Source of the DNA: Neoechinorhynchus agilis
Taxonomy: Eukaryota > Animalia > Acanthocephala
Direction of reading: 5' to 3'
NCBI GenBank assembly: GCA_051530055.1
Contig: CM121341.1
Location: 3,524,151 to 3,588,150 of the forward strand
DNA: 64,000 nucleotides
In this document: in pieces, positions 13,191 to 25,615 of the stretch
How the letters are laid out: every line of letters starts with the position of its first letter
How positions within the stretch are numbered: position 1 is the first letter of the stretch
Notes under the pieces: model-generated
What the model was told of the DNA's origin: nothing
Databases searched by the model: none
What the model saw: only the letters and a program-made list of their open reading frames with translations
Made by a program: the position numbers and the translations under genes

Positions 13191-13600
13191 GCACAAAATT
13201 GTCAACATATTGCAAATCAAGGCTTCAATCATAAAGGGATCAACGAAAATATATAAGCCAGTTTGGATTTGGACATCTAATAAATTGCTGAGATACTGTG
13301 AAACCATGAAAATTAGAAATCACCAATTGAAGAAAAAGGGACGCCAAGCATATTGCAAATCAAGGATTTAATAATAAAGGGTTAAACGAAAATATATAAG
13401 TCAGTTTGGATTTGCACGAATTAGATCTTTAAACCTTCGAAATGATGCACAAAAGTGTCAACACATTGCAAATCAAGGCTTCAAAAATAATAAAGGGATC
13501 AACGAAAATATATAAGCCAGTTTGGATTTGGACATCTAATAAATTGCTGAGATACTGTGAAACCATGAAAATTAGAAATCACCAATTGAAGAAAAAGGAA
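13191..13600 (+). repeat. Local degenerate tandem repeat (GCACAAAA.TGTCAACA.ATTGCAAATCAAGG...), with a related copy at 11176-11277
   Basis: Direct repeats seen at 11211, 13191, about 13347 (partial) and about 13447. Confidence 0.8.
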
Positions 13601-13961
13601 TTGCATCAATGTATCGTTCTACTATATCTAGCTTCTCCGAAGTTAAACATCGACGCCAAATCCATCAAATTTAAAAGAAACCCTATGATAATTTGGCGAA
13701 AATTTCAATTTGAAACAACGTTTTTGTAAACAACATAAGAATCAGGTCACTCTTTCGAGTCCTTACCTTTTAGCCGTCCACTTCGTCGTTTCGGTTGATC
13801 AGGTTTTTCCGACCCTATTTCAGATTTCGCTAATTTGGGTTTTGGATAATGTTTGCGATAAATATCAGTATTGTCATGTTTTCGTTTAGAAGATCTCATC
13901 GTTTTCTTTCCTTCCATTATGTTCTGATCATGTTCATCGTCTTCATTATTCTTTGTTTTAG

Positions 13962-14345
13962 GCGTTTTGATTGTTTGATGAAAATAGTATCAAGGCATTC
14001 GTTGAGAAGGTGAAGTCAGCTGTGCAAATTTAAGATGTTCTTTTGTGAAACAATTTAAGACGACGAGTTTTGAGATTCAGAATGGTTACAAAATACGGAG
14101 TAACCTTTGGTGAGGAAGGGTAAAATAAAGATGAAGTAAAATTTGTAGAGATCGGGTGAAGGAATTCCTAAATGTCTGAGGCGTTTGAGGAGATAAATTT
14201 TAAAGGTGTTGAGCTTGAGGAAAAGAGCGATGTGCGAGTCCAATTTCAAGTTTGATTTAAATCGGAGACCCCAAGTTCTTTGAAAGGTAACTCGTAGGAT
14301 GTCATTAAAGGATAATTTCGAAGCATTTAGAGAAATTCAGGTGGA
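13962..14345 (-). mobile_element. CR1/L2-like LINE fragment (RT C-terminus)
   Basis: HIALFLKLNTFKIYLLKRLRHLGIPSPDLYKFY, nearly identical to the 36.2 kb copy. Confidence 0.85.
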
Positions 14346-14896
14346 GTTTGTTCAATGAATCGCCATCATCCATCTTCTTCGATCTAGGGCCGAATTCGAT
14401 TAACGACGAACTTGTGCGAGTTGCGTCGACCTATAAAATTAACTTTGACACAAACCGTTTATTTCAAATTTAAGGTACGTAATTAGGTCCTGTAGTTTTC
14501 AACTCCAGTCAAGTTTAAAATGTTAGGTTCTTTTTAAAGAAAGCGACAGATACATGAAAGCATCATCGCGTTTGGACTTATTCAAAGATATTCAACGTAG
14601 TTCATTGTATACTGAACGTCTGGATAGCGATCATCGTAGTTGGTCTAAATCACAAAACCTCGCGGTATCTAAATGGACTATGAAATGTCTTCGTTGGCAA
14701 AAGGGAAGCCTAAACTAAATTGAGTTTTTATGTACAACAAGAAATGATGCAATGATTTTTCACTTCTAACAAAGACGGGTAAAATGTATGAAACTGCAGC
14801 AAAGATCGTTGACAAGTGATTCATCAAATTTGACGCTTTAAATCCACCTTGCATATAAAAGCAAACCATAAAGTTCTTTACATCTCTCTAACTTAG

Positions 14897-17800
14897 ATGG
14901 TATTTTTGTCCACCGTGAAAGCTTTACTCTTTCTAATCTACGGATTTGACTTTTGCTATAGTAATGATGTGCATAATGAATGGTCGCTTCAATACACAAA
15001 ATACGATGGAATGAACATTGTGAGCTCAACAATTAGATCCAGCAACTCACTATCAAGTGTTTTGAATAAGATAGAAAGAAACAGTTCAATCAGCCGAATC
15101 AAAATAGAATTTGCCTTTTTCTACGACATTGTAAGCAGCAACGACCATATCCTTCCAAACGTCGCGGACGTATCGATATATTGCAGGAGGAATATAGACG
15201 AGAGTATTACCATTACGAAATCTCTTATACATAAATTCAGGCATTCTAGAAGACTTCAAATCCAAAATGCAGCATTTGGATATATCGAAGATGATGCGTT
15301 TGAAGGTTTTGACAATTTGAACCATCTCGATTTGAGTATAAATAATTTGTGGCGATTGGGTTTGAATATGCATGTAGATCTTTACAATCTTCAATCGTTA
15401 CAACTGTCCGGTAATGGTTTGCGTAATGATTGCCTCAAAGTTGTGGAGAAGATGAAAAGTTTGAAGCTTTTGGATTTGTCGGATAATATAATCCAACGAT
15501 TCGTGCTAACCAATGAATTCAATTTTAGAAGACTGGAAAATATACGGATCGGTGCTAATCCTTTAAATGAGATCAATTTGAGTCAATTAGCAAAACTAGA
15601 GAATCTTAAAATCTTGGAATTTTCATACCGAGCAGATTTAAACAAATTGTTTGAAGAGGAATTTCAATTCGAAAATATGGAGGAATTTATTGTACACGGT
15701 GGAATCGCTCACAGTTTGAATTCAACAATTCTAGCCAGAATGCCAAAAGTCAAAGTTGTGAAGATTATGGGCTCAAATCTTGGAGAAGTACCACGTGGAA
15801 ACAATCGGACGGAAACGTTGATTCTAAAAAGAAATCGTATAGGAATAATTCGCTCTAATTACTTCGATTCGTGGACAAATGTTACCCAATTGGACATGTC
15901 ATCGAACGGAATCGTGCGGATATACAAGGATGCATTTTTTCCACTGAAAAAACTTGAAGTACTTAATCTCGGACAAAATTCCGATTTGACCTTGCTTCCG
16001 ACGGGAATTTTTCGAAACAATGAATTACTTCAAAAACTCATATTAGCAAATACTAATTTTTATGTTTTCGATGATGGCGTTTTTAAAAACGTTAAACATT
16101 TACGGTACTTGGACGTATCAGGCACCCCTATGACAGGCATTGATGTACATCGACTGGGTTCCAAAACGATCGATTATTGTCTGGTAAAAAATAATCCCTT
16201 TTTTTTATTATAATATACGATAACCCTAGAAACAGAACGGAGACATATTTTGCGTTACGCGGTCTTGCCAGATATATGCCTGAACCGATACAAATAGCTG
16301 CTGGTGTAGACGATGTGATTACAGTCTATAATCATACAGAAAATTTTACTTCGCTTGCTGGAAAAAAGTTGACCCGAATACAAGATGTTCGACTCTTTAT
16401 CCGTGGTAATGCGTTCTCAGTCGATTTGAGTAACAATGAGATATCGGCAATCAATTACGACGATTTCGAAGACTTGAAAACTCTTGAATTTCTTTGTCTA
16501 CAGTTCAATCGGATTGAGAAAATAGCTCCTCGCGCATTTAGAAATACTCCCCTGTTAAGAATGCTCGACCTTGCCAATAATCAATTGAAAGATATTGACG
16601 TTTTTCACTTATTTTACGGTCTTGATAGACTCATTTACCTTCGTATGGCAAATAATGGATTCTCGCTATTTCCATCCCATCACTTGTCCGATCTCAGAAG
16701 TCTAAAAATTCTTAATATTTCCAGCAATCCGATACGCCAATTTCACAATAAACCTTTCAAGGATCATCAATCTTTGCAAACAATAAAAATGTATAATACA
16801 AGTATTGAACTAATTTACGATCTCTAAGAGTATTATCTGAAGTATCGATACTTTCAAAAAAGGTCTTTGTCTTTGAGCCGGCTGAGAATTTTGTTATTGA
16901 GTTAAAACTGAAAGATTTTATGTATTCAAGCGAGAATGGTTTCGTCGTGACTTTAAACAATTAATTGATAAATATATATTTCGGATAACTTACAAAGAAA
17001 TAACTGGCATATCTTAATAAAGTGAATGCTGAAATAACATTCGCACTAAGTTCAGTTATTCTTTACTTCAAAAAATACACCATTTTGTTGTCTGGGCGAT
17101 GCTTGATAATTCCAGTTGATATATTTAGAAATGTTCTTTTTACTGGCATCTTCCCTAGGTTTGAAAGTATTAATCACAAGTCATTTTGTAAAGGAGTGTA
17201 AAACATTTGTGTAGATTACAAACTGCAATGTAATTATTGAAATATTTACCGCTCGGCAATTTATAATAAAAACCTGGGTTAAAATAATTCGAATTGAGAA
17301 AAAGAATTTGTGGGAATGTGATAATGTAAAAAGCTTTAGAAATAAAGCAATGATGCTAAGATAAACCGTTGTTTTCCTATCGAACTTAAAAATGAACGGT
17401 TGGAGACGATAAGTTTGAATTTCAACTTTTTGGACCTTTTTAATCCCAGGTAAGTCGCATTGAAACGCTAATATCCGCGAATTTTTAAGGTTCGAAAATA
17501 CTTAAAATTAGCACAGTTTTATTTGAAGTGAAAATGCTTTTAATAACTTCGCTGATTCCTTTGGCGATTCCTAGCCATCTAATCTGTAAAATAAATGAGA
17601 TTGGTTTAGACTGTGAAAACAATACAGTTGGTATTAAGGATAAAATTTTAAATGGCCCGCTAGTTATTTTTTTCACAACACATCTTAGTTCCGTCTACGC
17701 CGCACGTTTAGAATGGCTTTCAATGTCCAAGTTGCAAAGTCCTGTTCCACCTTCAATGCCTCGCTGTTCAATTAATGGGACCTGGAAAAAAACTAATTAA
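14897..17800 (+). pseudogene. Secreted/membrane leucine-rich-repeat receptor (Toll-like architecture suspected), broken into several frames
   Basis: Signal peptide MVFLSTVKALLFLIYGFDFCYS and many LxxLxLxxNxI repeats in 14897-16213 and 16198-16827 (different frames). Downstream are weak TM-like and TIR-like fragments interrupted by stops. Confidence 0.6.
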
Positions 17801-18224
17801 TTACGATAGGCGAGCAATTTACGAAGCGAAACGTCAAACTTTCATGGTCCACGCTTATTAAGGACTTTAAATTTTAAAAATAATGACACGAGAAAACGAA
17901 TAAATACTTCAAGATTGTTCGTTAAAGGTAATTGAATAGATTTTGTATTGTTAAGTCAGTTGAGTAAAATTGGTAGAAAGTTGAATTACAAAATATACGG
18001 CGTTCTTAATCATTTGCTTTTTAAGAATAACGTCACGACCAAAATCTCGATACTTTTTAGTAAATTATTTTAAATTTCGCAAGCAAATGTCGATAAATTG
18101 GTTCGCCTTGATTTTGGCGTAACTCGTGAGGGGAATAGCAACCTCAAATGCGTGTTTACTTTTTAAGGCACAAAAATCGATTTAAAACAAAGATTAAACG
18201 CAAAATCTCAAAAATACTTGGTTT

Positions 18225-19130
18225 CAGATGAGTGGATTACGGGTTCGTCCGGGTGGGAATACCCGGTCGAGTTGGAAGGGCCGCTCTGGTGGGAATTGTT
18301 GGTTATTGTTTGCAGGAGAACTTGTAAGGTTGGTCTTTCCTCAGAATCATTTCAAGTTATGATATCCGAGAGAAGATTGGGCCGCATGGAAAAAGGAGCG
18401 TAGGTATAGGGAGGTGCGAGGTCAAGGTAGGACGAAACGAATTAGGATTACGAGTGTTATGCTCGTATGTTCAAAAAGACAAATAAATTTAAAAGTATTG
18501 GTTGAATACGAATACATCCGAGGTTCTGAATGGAGAGTATTGTAAAAATTATGGTGGTAGGGTTGAGAGGCGCTTTGTTTGTTTTTTGAAAATCCTATAA
18601 AGGCGCGCAAATTTAAGAGGCTGTTCTATGAAACGTTTCAAGGCGACGGATTTGTAATTTGGACAGGTTGCAATCGGGCAAGGAGACTCCTAAATGGGGG
18701 AAGCGTTCGACGAGATAAACTTTAAAGGCATTGCGTTTGAGGGAGAGTGAAATGTCCGAGTCCTATTTCAGATTTGATTGAAAATGGACACTAAGAATTT
18801 CTAGGGAGGTGACTCGTAGGATGTCATTTAGAAGCTCGGGAGAGGGTGTGGGCTTGCGGGATAATTTCGAAGCAATTAGGGAAATTCAGGTGGGGTTTGT
18901 GATTGGTGGTCGACATATAATAAAAGTTTAGAATGTGGTGAGAGAGGTTTAAATTCGTTGGAGAAAATATTAAAAAGAAGTGGCGACAAGCCGGCACCTT
19001 TAGCGACGCCATTGGTGAGGGATTCGATGATCGAGGAGGGTAATCGGCCCTGAATGTATTATTGCTAATTTTAAAGATAAGATTAGAGCCAGTGGATCTA
19101 CCCCGCGTTTATACCGAAAACAGAACAAAC
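18225..19130 (-). mobile_element. Older, more diverged CR1/L2-like LINE fragment with 3' UTR
   Basis: ASLKVPACRHFFLIFSP (degenerate GVPQG/SPLLF region). The 3' tail GATATCATAACTTGAAATGATTCTGAGG matches the other copies. Confidence 0.8.
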
Positions 19131-19274
19131 CTAGAAGAGTAGTGAATGGTCTACGGAACGTCCTTTTCAGTCGCGATCATTTAGAAGCACTTCAATTTTA
19201 AAAGTGTAAAACATTCAAATTAAGTGGTTAAAAAAGTTCATTTGTGGCCTTTTTCACGGCTGATAATTTTTCCT

Positions 19275-19560
19275 TGGGCACACGGCCCACCGATCTGATC
19301 CAGAGAAGCGCATTAAATCACGCTTAATATCCTGAACCACACGGTCATGAGTTTGTAAATTCCTCCGGATCCACAGATACCACCTGAATCCTCCGGATCC
19401 ACAGATACCACCTGAAGGCGGGACTCCCTTCATCAAGGTATTTCGTCCCCTTTGGTTGTACGTCATTGACGGTAACGGATTCGGACCAGTTGATCCGTAA
19501 CTGGGATCACGGGCATTAGTCCACTTGACCACCTCAGCACGAGTGCGGAATGTACAAACT
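19275..19560. repeat. Dispersed repeat of unknown family; second copy at about 25655-25845
   Basis: Shared blocks TTGGGCACAC.GCCCACCGA, TTCCTCCGGATCC.CAGATACC and TTTCGTCCCCTTTGGTTGT.CGTCATTG. Confidence 0.75.
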
Positions 19561-20538
19561 CTGCCAGTTTTGATGCCCAATGAAAAACCATCAACCATTT
19601 TAAAAAGGCCACAAATAGATTGATGCAAAAAGTTACCGGTTGACCAGACTTCAAAGTTACGAAGTGCAATTATTTCTTTCGCTTTTATACCGCGTATTTA
19701 AGATTTCCGAAGGAAACGTTGCAAGTTATTGTATTGATCTGTTAATAGAAATCTCGATCAATTATCAATAAAAATGAACAAATATCCACAAATTCTTTGA
19801 TTAATCTTTAATGGTCAAAAGGGAACTATTTCTTCCAGAATGGTGACGTCATTTGTGGGAATTACTTTTATGGATATTGTTGTTTGTTTGTTTAGGTTCG
19901 CACTTATGAATGTTTATTTTTTAAGGCGGTATGCGATTTTCAAAAGACAACAAAATAAGTCGTCGATCGCCATTATCGTTTATCACTTCGGATTAGTCAT
20001 GGTTTTTCGTCTATGTGTTCTTAAATAATGGGTCAAATCAATTTTATTCAATGTATTGATTTCCACCAGAAAAAATGAGAAAATTAATTCCCAAAGCTCT
20101 TGGGTGGCCACAAATATTAATGGTCCATAGAAAAACTAGAAGCTGAGATGACGCTGAGACTCGAATTTGCAGCGGACACTGGACTACTATTCCGTAGGGT
20201 TCCGTCGTTTTGTAACCATTGATTCTGGATCACAGTTGAAGACTTTTGCCAGTGTCCTTTTTGCCTAGTAATGTTCACGGTTCCAAACCGACTTATAAGG
20301 CAATCGTAGCCTCGAAAGGATGAAGTTCCTTATCCAGCGATCCGAAATATTTTTATTCCCCAAAAACCGAGGAACATAGCTCTTTAATTTTCAAATTGAA
20401 TTTTGGACAAGATTGTTTTAAGTTCATCCTTTATTGAAGACTTTTCTCTACCAAGATGCGGTTATTATTGAAAGATCGACTTCCACGTCTCCTTTTCCTT
20501 GTCAAATCAGTAAGTTAATTCACTTTTCGCCATTAAAG

Positions 20539-23172
20539 ATGTCTCGCGATTTGGAAGTTATTCAGAAATTGATGATGCACGTTGAAAATGAAGGAAACTT
20601 GAATAAGTTTCTAGGTCCATACACAACCACTGCGGATTCAAAAGCAAGACAAATGTTGTCAATGATATGGAAATTTCAAAAGGACAAATATTCAATACTG
20701 CTTGCCCGTGTAGTTCATTTCCTTATCCATGATTATATCCGAGATCAACAGAGGTTTCAAGGTGGAGCTTGCCTTGAATTGAATATCGTTTCAAAAGTCT
20801 TAGTGGATGCAATAGCCTTTGCGAACGATTCATGTTGCTGTAAAATTCTATCCGAAGTATCTTTCATAAAATCCCTCGTTAATCACAAGTTTATGGCTCA
20901 ATGTGACTATGAAAAAGCTGTGAAGTTTTTGTTCAACTCAGGAAACTTGTGCCCGCAATTGAATCCAAAAACACTGGATCCATTGGTTTGTGTGCTCATC
21001 ACGAATGAGTGTCTCGATAGAGACATGGTGACCAGCGCAAAATTTTTCCAAAGTCAAACTCCACTTGATATTCCGTTATACCAGCGAAATCAAGAACGAA
21101 TTCAACTCTTGGACGGGAAAGCAACCCTGCTCACGATGGCTAATATGTCCAGTTTTGGAATGTTTGAAGCAATAATCAGTCAAGCTATGTCTCTAGTTCA
21201 TCTCAAAGTACTCCTTCTTCAGTTTTTACCTGAGGCAAAACTGACACCGTATCAAAATTATCTTGTAAAACTGTTTCTAGAAACTCTTGACAATGATTCG
21301 GTCGAAGATTGCAGTGATCTTTGTGTTCATCAGCTCCGGATGATGGCGTGGGGATCTCGCTTCAGTTCTAAAAAGGGTGAAATGCGAGTTAAAATCATAG
21401 AAGCTTACAAGAATTCAATGAAATTCAGTCATGAACCTTTAAGTCTACTTGGCTTTATTGCTCTTGATGACGTTTTTATTGATCAAAGTGACAGACAAAT
21501 ACTTTTAAGACGAGCGTACGATATGTTTTCAAAAGCGCTCAAACGAAATCCTAATTCTTTAATTGCTCAGATGGGTATGGCACGAACACTTGCGCAAACC
21601 AGTCATTACCAAGAAGCCGTTAAAATTCTGAATGAAGTCTTGAACCGTGGAGCTGAACTCTGTCGTGATTGGTTTAAAATGGACAAGAATATTTCTCAGG
21701 ATGATCGAAACGCTGCAAATATTTCGGCTCTATTGAATCCCCAGTGTCATTTACGTGCTGAACGTAAACTTATTTTAGATCTAGAAAACGCAACCGATCA
21801 TAATCGAGTTTCTCTCACACAAATTCTATATGATTCCGCAAGGAGTTGTGATCTATGCCAGCGCCGATACTTGGTAGAACTGCGAAGAGCCAAGGAATTC
21901 CAGGTTGCGATTAACGTTTGCGACCAAATCGATTCTTTGTATGGACCGAGCAATTTAACTCGTTTCAACAGAGCTCACTGCACATACCGTAAAGTCGTTT
22001 TAATGTTACAATCGAATTACAACCTTGACAGAATCGAATTAATGCTAAAAGAAGTTATTATTGAAGACGTAAATTCGCTTCCGCTGTTGAACGCGAACAT
22101 TTTGGTGCTTACAGTTCTTTATCGACTTTCTAAAAAGTCAACATATCGTGAGAAGCTTTTAGAAACAATTGAAAAAGTCGAATCAGTTCTAAACGAATGC
22201 AGCGAATCCAGTTCCGCGATTTATACGTCAATTGCTCGTGCTTATCTCGAATTGAAAGATTATAATAAAGCTTTGATGGCATGCTTTTTATCGTTGAACT
22301 ACTCCAGTAAGAATTATGCTTCATGGTATCTATTGGCGGTTATAGAAAAACAAAGAAAACAAAACCCATGCAATCGGTTGATAATTTATGCACTTAACCA
22401 ATGTTTTCGCCTAAACTATCGACAACGAGCTTGTTTGTTCGGTTACGCTCATTTCAACTCATTGCGCGATAAATACCCGAGGATTCGAGATTTATTCGCA
22501 CGATATGCTAAAATGTTCGTCAGAAGCGACATGGCTTTAATCATTGGAGACAATGATTTTAATGATAGTCTTGAAAAGATTGAACACATTTTGTCCAAGA
22601 ATAAGGAGATTTATCCGGCTAATGTTAGTAATGGACTAAACATACCATTCTATGCTTTATACTCAATCAAGTATATAAGATCCATTACTGAATCAGTCAA
22701 AAGGAGTTTGTATTTGGGAACAGATATTGGTGATGTTGCCAAAAGTCCCAGGTTCAAATTGGCATTGAAAGCCGTAAACTCTTATGGATACTTTTTCGAT
22801 GATACAGGTGAAATATGGAATTTCATTCGTGGTATCTATCAAGAAATTCAAAATAATCTGGAGCTTGCCCTTCAGATTTATAAAAAGCACTTCGATGACT
22901 CGATTTTGTGCGCTTTGGGCGTTCTAAGGGTTAATATGCGGTCTGGATATTATGAGGAATTTCTAGTTGGTTGCAAACAAGTTCTTGTTAATTATCCGGA
23001 TGAACACAGTGCTGTGGTTCCGGTTTTAGCGATGGGATTGGTTGAAATGGGTCTTTTTCGCCATGCATCGTCGGTGCTTTTGTCGTCTAAGATAGTTAAC
23101 GATCCTGAGTTCGTCAGGCAAAAGAACATTCTATTGGAATTTCTATTAAAAAGAATGTATAAAGTAATCTGA
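20539..23172 (+). CDS. Intronless 877-aa alpha-helical TPR-like protein, family not recognised
   Basis: Uninterrupted 2.6-kb ORF. TPR-like segments include ALKRNPNSLIAQMGMARTLAQTSHYQEAVKILNEVL and YTSIARAYLELKDYNKALMACFLSLNYSSKNYASWYLLA. Confidence 0.7.
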   Translation: MSRDLEVIQKLMMHVENEGNLNKFLGPYTTTADSKARQMLSMIWKFQKDKYSILLARVVHFLIHDYIRDQQRFQGGACLELNIVSKVLVDAIAFANDSCCCKILSEVSFIKSLVNHKFMAQCDYEKAVKFLFNSGNLCPQLNPKTLDPLVCVLITNECLDRDMVTSAKFFQSQTPLDIPLYQRNQERIQLLDGKATLLTMANMSSFGMFEAIISQAMSLVHLKVLLLQFLPEAKLTPYQNYLVKLFLETLDNDSVEDCSDLCVHQLRMMAWGSRFSSKKGEMRVKIIEAYKNSMKFSHEPLSLLGFIALDDVFIDQSDRQILLRRAYDMFSKALKRNPNSLIAQMGMARTLAQTSHYQEAVKILNEVLNRGAELCRDWFKMDKNISQDDRNAANISALLNPQCHLRAERKLILDLENATDHNRVSLTQILYDSARSCDLCQRRYLVELRRAKEFQVAINVCDQIDSLYGPSNLTRFNRAHCTYRKVVLMLQSNYNLDRIELMLKEVIIEDVNSLPLLNANILVLTVLYRLSKKSTYREKLLETIEKVESVLNECSESSSAIYTSIARAYLELKDYNKALMACFLSLNYSSKNYASWYLLAVIEKQRKQNPCNRLIIYALNQCFRLNYRQRACLFGYAHFNSLRDKYPRIRDLFARYAKMFVRSDMALIIGDNDFNDSLEKIEHILSKNKEIYPANVSNGLNIPFYALYSIKYIRSITESVKRSLYLGTDIGDVAKSPRFKLALKAVNSYGYFFDDTGEIWNFIRGIYQEIQNNLELALQIYKKHFDDSILCALGVLRVNMRSGYYEEFLVGCKQVLVNYPDEHSAVVPVLAMGLVEMGLFRHASSVLLSSKIVNDPEFVRQKNILLEFLLKRMYKVI

Positions 23173-23365
23173 TAAATTATTGATGATCGATTGATATGCA
23201 AAATTTCAAATAGTCGGCTTCTTCGGCGTCATTAAATTGCTGTGTTAATGCAATTTTTCAAAGTTAAACTTGGACAAATAGTAAAAAATGAACTTATAAG
23301 AAAATTTCGATTCCGATCGTTAAAACTCAATATATTTAAAAAACTTGCGTAGCAGCTCCGTAACT

Positions 23366-24660
23366 CTATTCTGTACGGAGAACTTTAGCTGCTGGCACAT
23401 AATCGCTAAGGAGGTCGCTAACAGGATCAGTAAACCGATACGCTTCGATGCCAGTAGACTTTTTGGCTAAATGTATTGTTGTCCCATTAAGTCTCAAGAT
23501 GTCCAGAAGATCTTTTGAACTGTCATCTGATCGCAGCACATCAACCTGTTTGGCTAATTCGACCTGATCGTAAGTGAGAACCATAGATGTTCGATCGTTG
23601 GCATTTCTGCACCCGAAGAAAACTAGTCCGTCGAGGTCCCGAACGATGGACGCTGCAAGATGAAGAATTTGATTTTGTTTTGAAACGTACGGATCACCAA
23701 GAAGCATTTCCAAGCTTTCTAGTTTCGATTTGATGCTTCTATCAACAGACGATGATCCAAGTCTTTTCTTGGCGTAGCTGGAAAGTCGTTCTAATAATTT
23801 AAGACCGATCGTCTGTTCAATGAAGTGCGGTGTTCGTGGACGCTTTCGATGGGCTCTTATTGCACGTTCGGCATTTCGATCTATGCCAACATTAAAGAAA
23901 AAAGGCTCCAAGTGAAACTCTGTAAAGGTCGACGTTTGATCTTCCGGTTCGGGAAATAGTCGCGAAAACAATTGAGGATTTATCTAAAACGGACAAATAA
24001 TTTTTCTCGAATAAGTCGAATCATTCACAACCGCTTACCTCTAAATTAAAGGTGAAATTGGAAGAATGGATTGAAGTCGAAGCACCCAAATTAATTTCCA
24101 TTGGTTTCGTAACATTCGGGTATATTGAAGGCATTTTCTTATCCAATTTCTCAATCATCTTTTCAATTCGAATATCTATATTTTCAATTTTTTTCAATGT
24201 GTTTTCGAAGTCTTCAACAAGATCTTTCTCGTCGCCATAACAGCTCAAGGCGTAATTGAACACTATTGGATATTCTGGACGCTTGCGGAGTTCTTCAAAG
24301 TTCATATCGGAATTGTTAAAATGGTCGTAAACACCGCCAATAATTCCACCAATCAGTTGGCAATGCAGAAGTGCATTTCCAATATGCACCACTCGATTTT
24401 TGATAATGTTCGATTGCAGATCTACGATTCTATTGAAACATTTCGCGTATTTTCGTGGGTAGCAAAGAAATCCGGTTTTTAACATGTGATCAACTTTTGC
24501 GCATCTTTCAACGACTAAATCCATATCTTGTTTTTGAACAGCCGAAGAGCTTCGGTTTCGCTGAAGTGCTTCACACATTTCGTCTAGTAATAATTGAACG
24601 TCTGACGGAGGAGGAATAAAGGTAACCAAGTCCCTGTCGGCGTCATTGTAATAGTCAACT
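23366..24660 (-). CDS. INPP4: Inositol polyphosphate 4-phosphatase homolog (catalytic half only), at least 2 exons, intron 23984-24038
   Basis: LSCYGDEKDLVEDF (cf. LSTYGEELAMLEDM), PFFFNVGID (cf. PVLFNVGIN), and CX5R motif CRNANDRTSMVLT (cf. CKSAKDRT.M.VT). A GTAAG...TTTTAG intron joins the two ORFs in frame. No in-frame ATG was found. Confidence 0.8.
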
Positions 24661-24789
24661 ACTCGCGAGAAACGTTTTTATTGATTTGAGTGAAGATTTA
24701 CGGAATTTTCTACATTTATTTTCTATTAATTCGGTATCGATTTCGAAATTGAAACTTTTGAATGAAAAATAAATTGGTCCGTTCTTTTC

Positions 24790-25615
24790 TCAAGTCCTAA
24801 GGTGAGATTCAAAGCAGAATAAAAACGTCTCATAATCGAGCCCACGTCCTTCGACAATAATCGATCTTTTCATAAAGTACAGCATATTCCTGACTTTTTT
24901 GAAACTAAGACATCCAACAACAAGCAAACCCTGCAAAAACAGAACCATGATAAGAATTGTGCAACTTTGACAGATTACAAGGCGGACGATAAGGTGTGGG
25001 TTAGAGACACTATTAAAAAAGGATGGAAAGAGGGCGTCATAATGAAACAGAATGGTCCTTTGTCTTATGCCGTACAAATAACTGGAGGGGAAAATAGAAT
25101 GCATGCCGACCATTTGAGATAAAGAGCGATTGGGAAAAGAGATCAGGAGGATTCAAAGCAAAATATCAATGAAGAGGTAGGCGGAGATTTAAGGAGGGGC
25201 GAGAATCAAAATGAAAGGGATCAGCGAGTGGAAAGGGGCAATATGCGACAAGAAACAGAACAAAGATCGAGCACGGAAAGTAGTGAAGCTGAAAGGAATA
25301 TGAGCGATGAGGAATTTAGATTACCAGATGACCAAAGTGAAAGAAACGAAGATGAATCAGATGCACGAAGAGAAGTGAACGGGGGACTGGGGCCCAGGCG
25401 AAGTACACGAATAAGGCAAAAGCTATTGCCATACGATAAGTACCGTTATCTTCAAGGGGGAGAAATGTAGTGATGACGAATTGACGTCATTGAACAATAT
25501 CGTTTATATAACGTTCATGCGCTTTGGCGTGTGCAAAAAGCTTGCGAAATATTTTAAATACATGATCAATACCAACAACAATCCGGGATAAAAACATCGT
25601 CAAATTCGAATTTCA
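24790..25615 (+). mobile_element. Ty3/Gypsy LTR retrotransposon 3' remnant: integrase C-terminus, polypurine tract, start of 3' LTR
   Basis: DDKVWVRDTIKKGWKEGVIMKQNGPLSYAVQITGGENRMHADHLR and RRSTRIR, then AAGGGGGAGAAA directly followed by TGTAGT at 25466. Confidence 0.8.
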
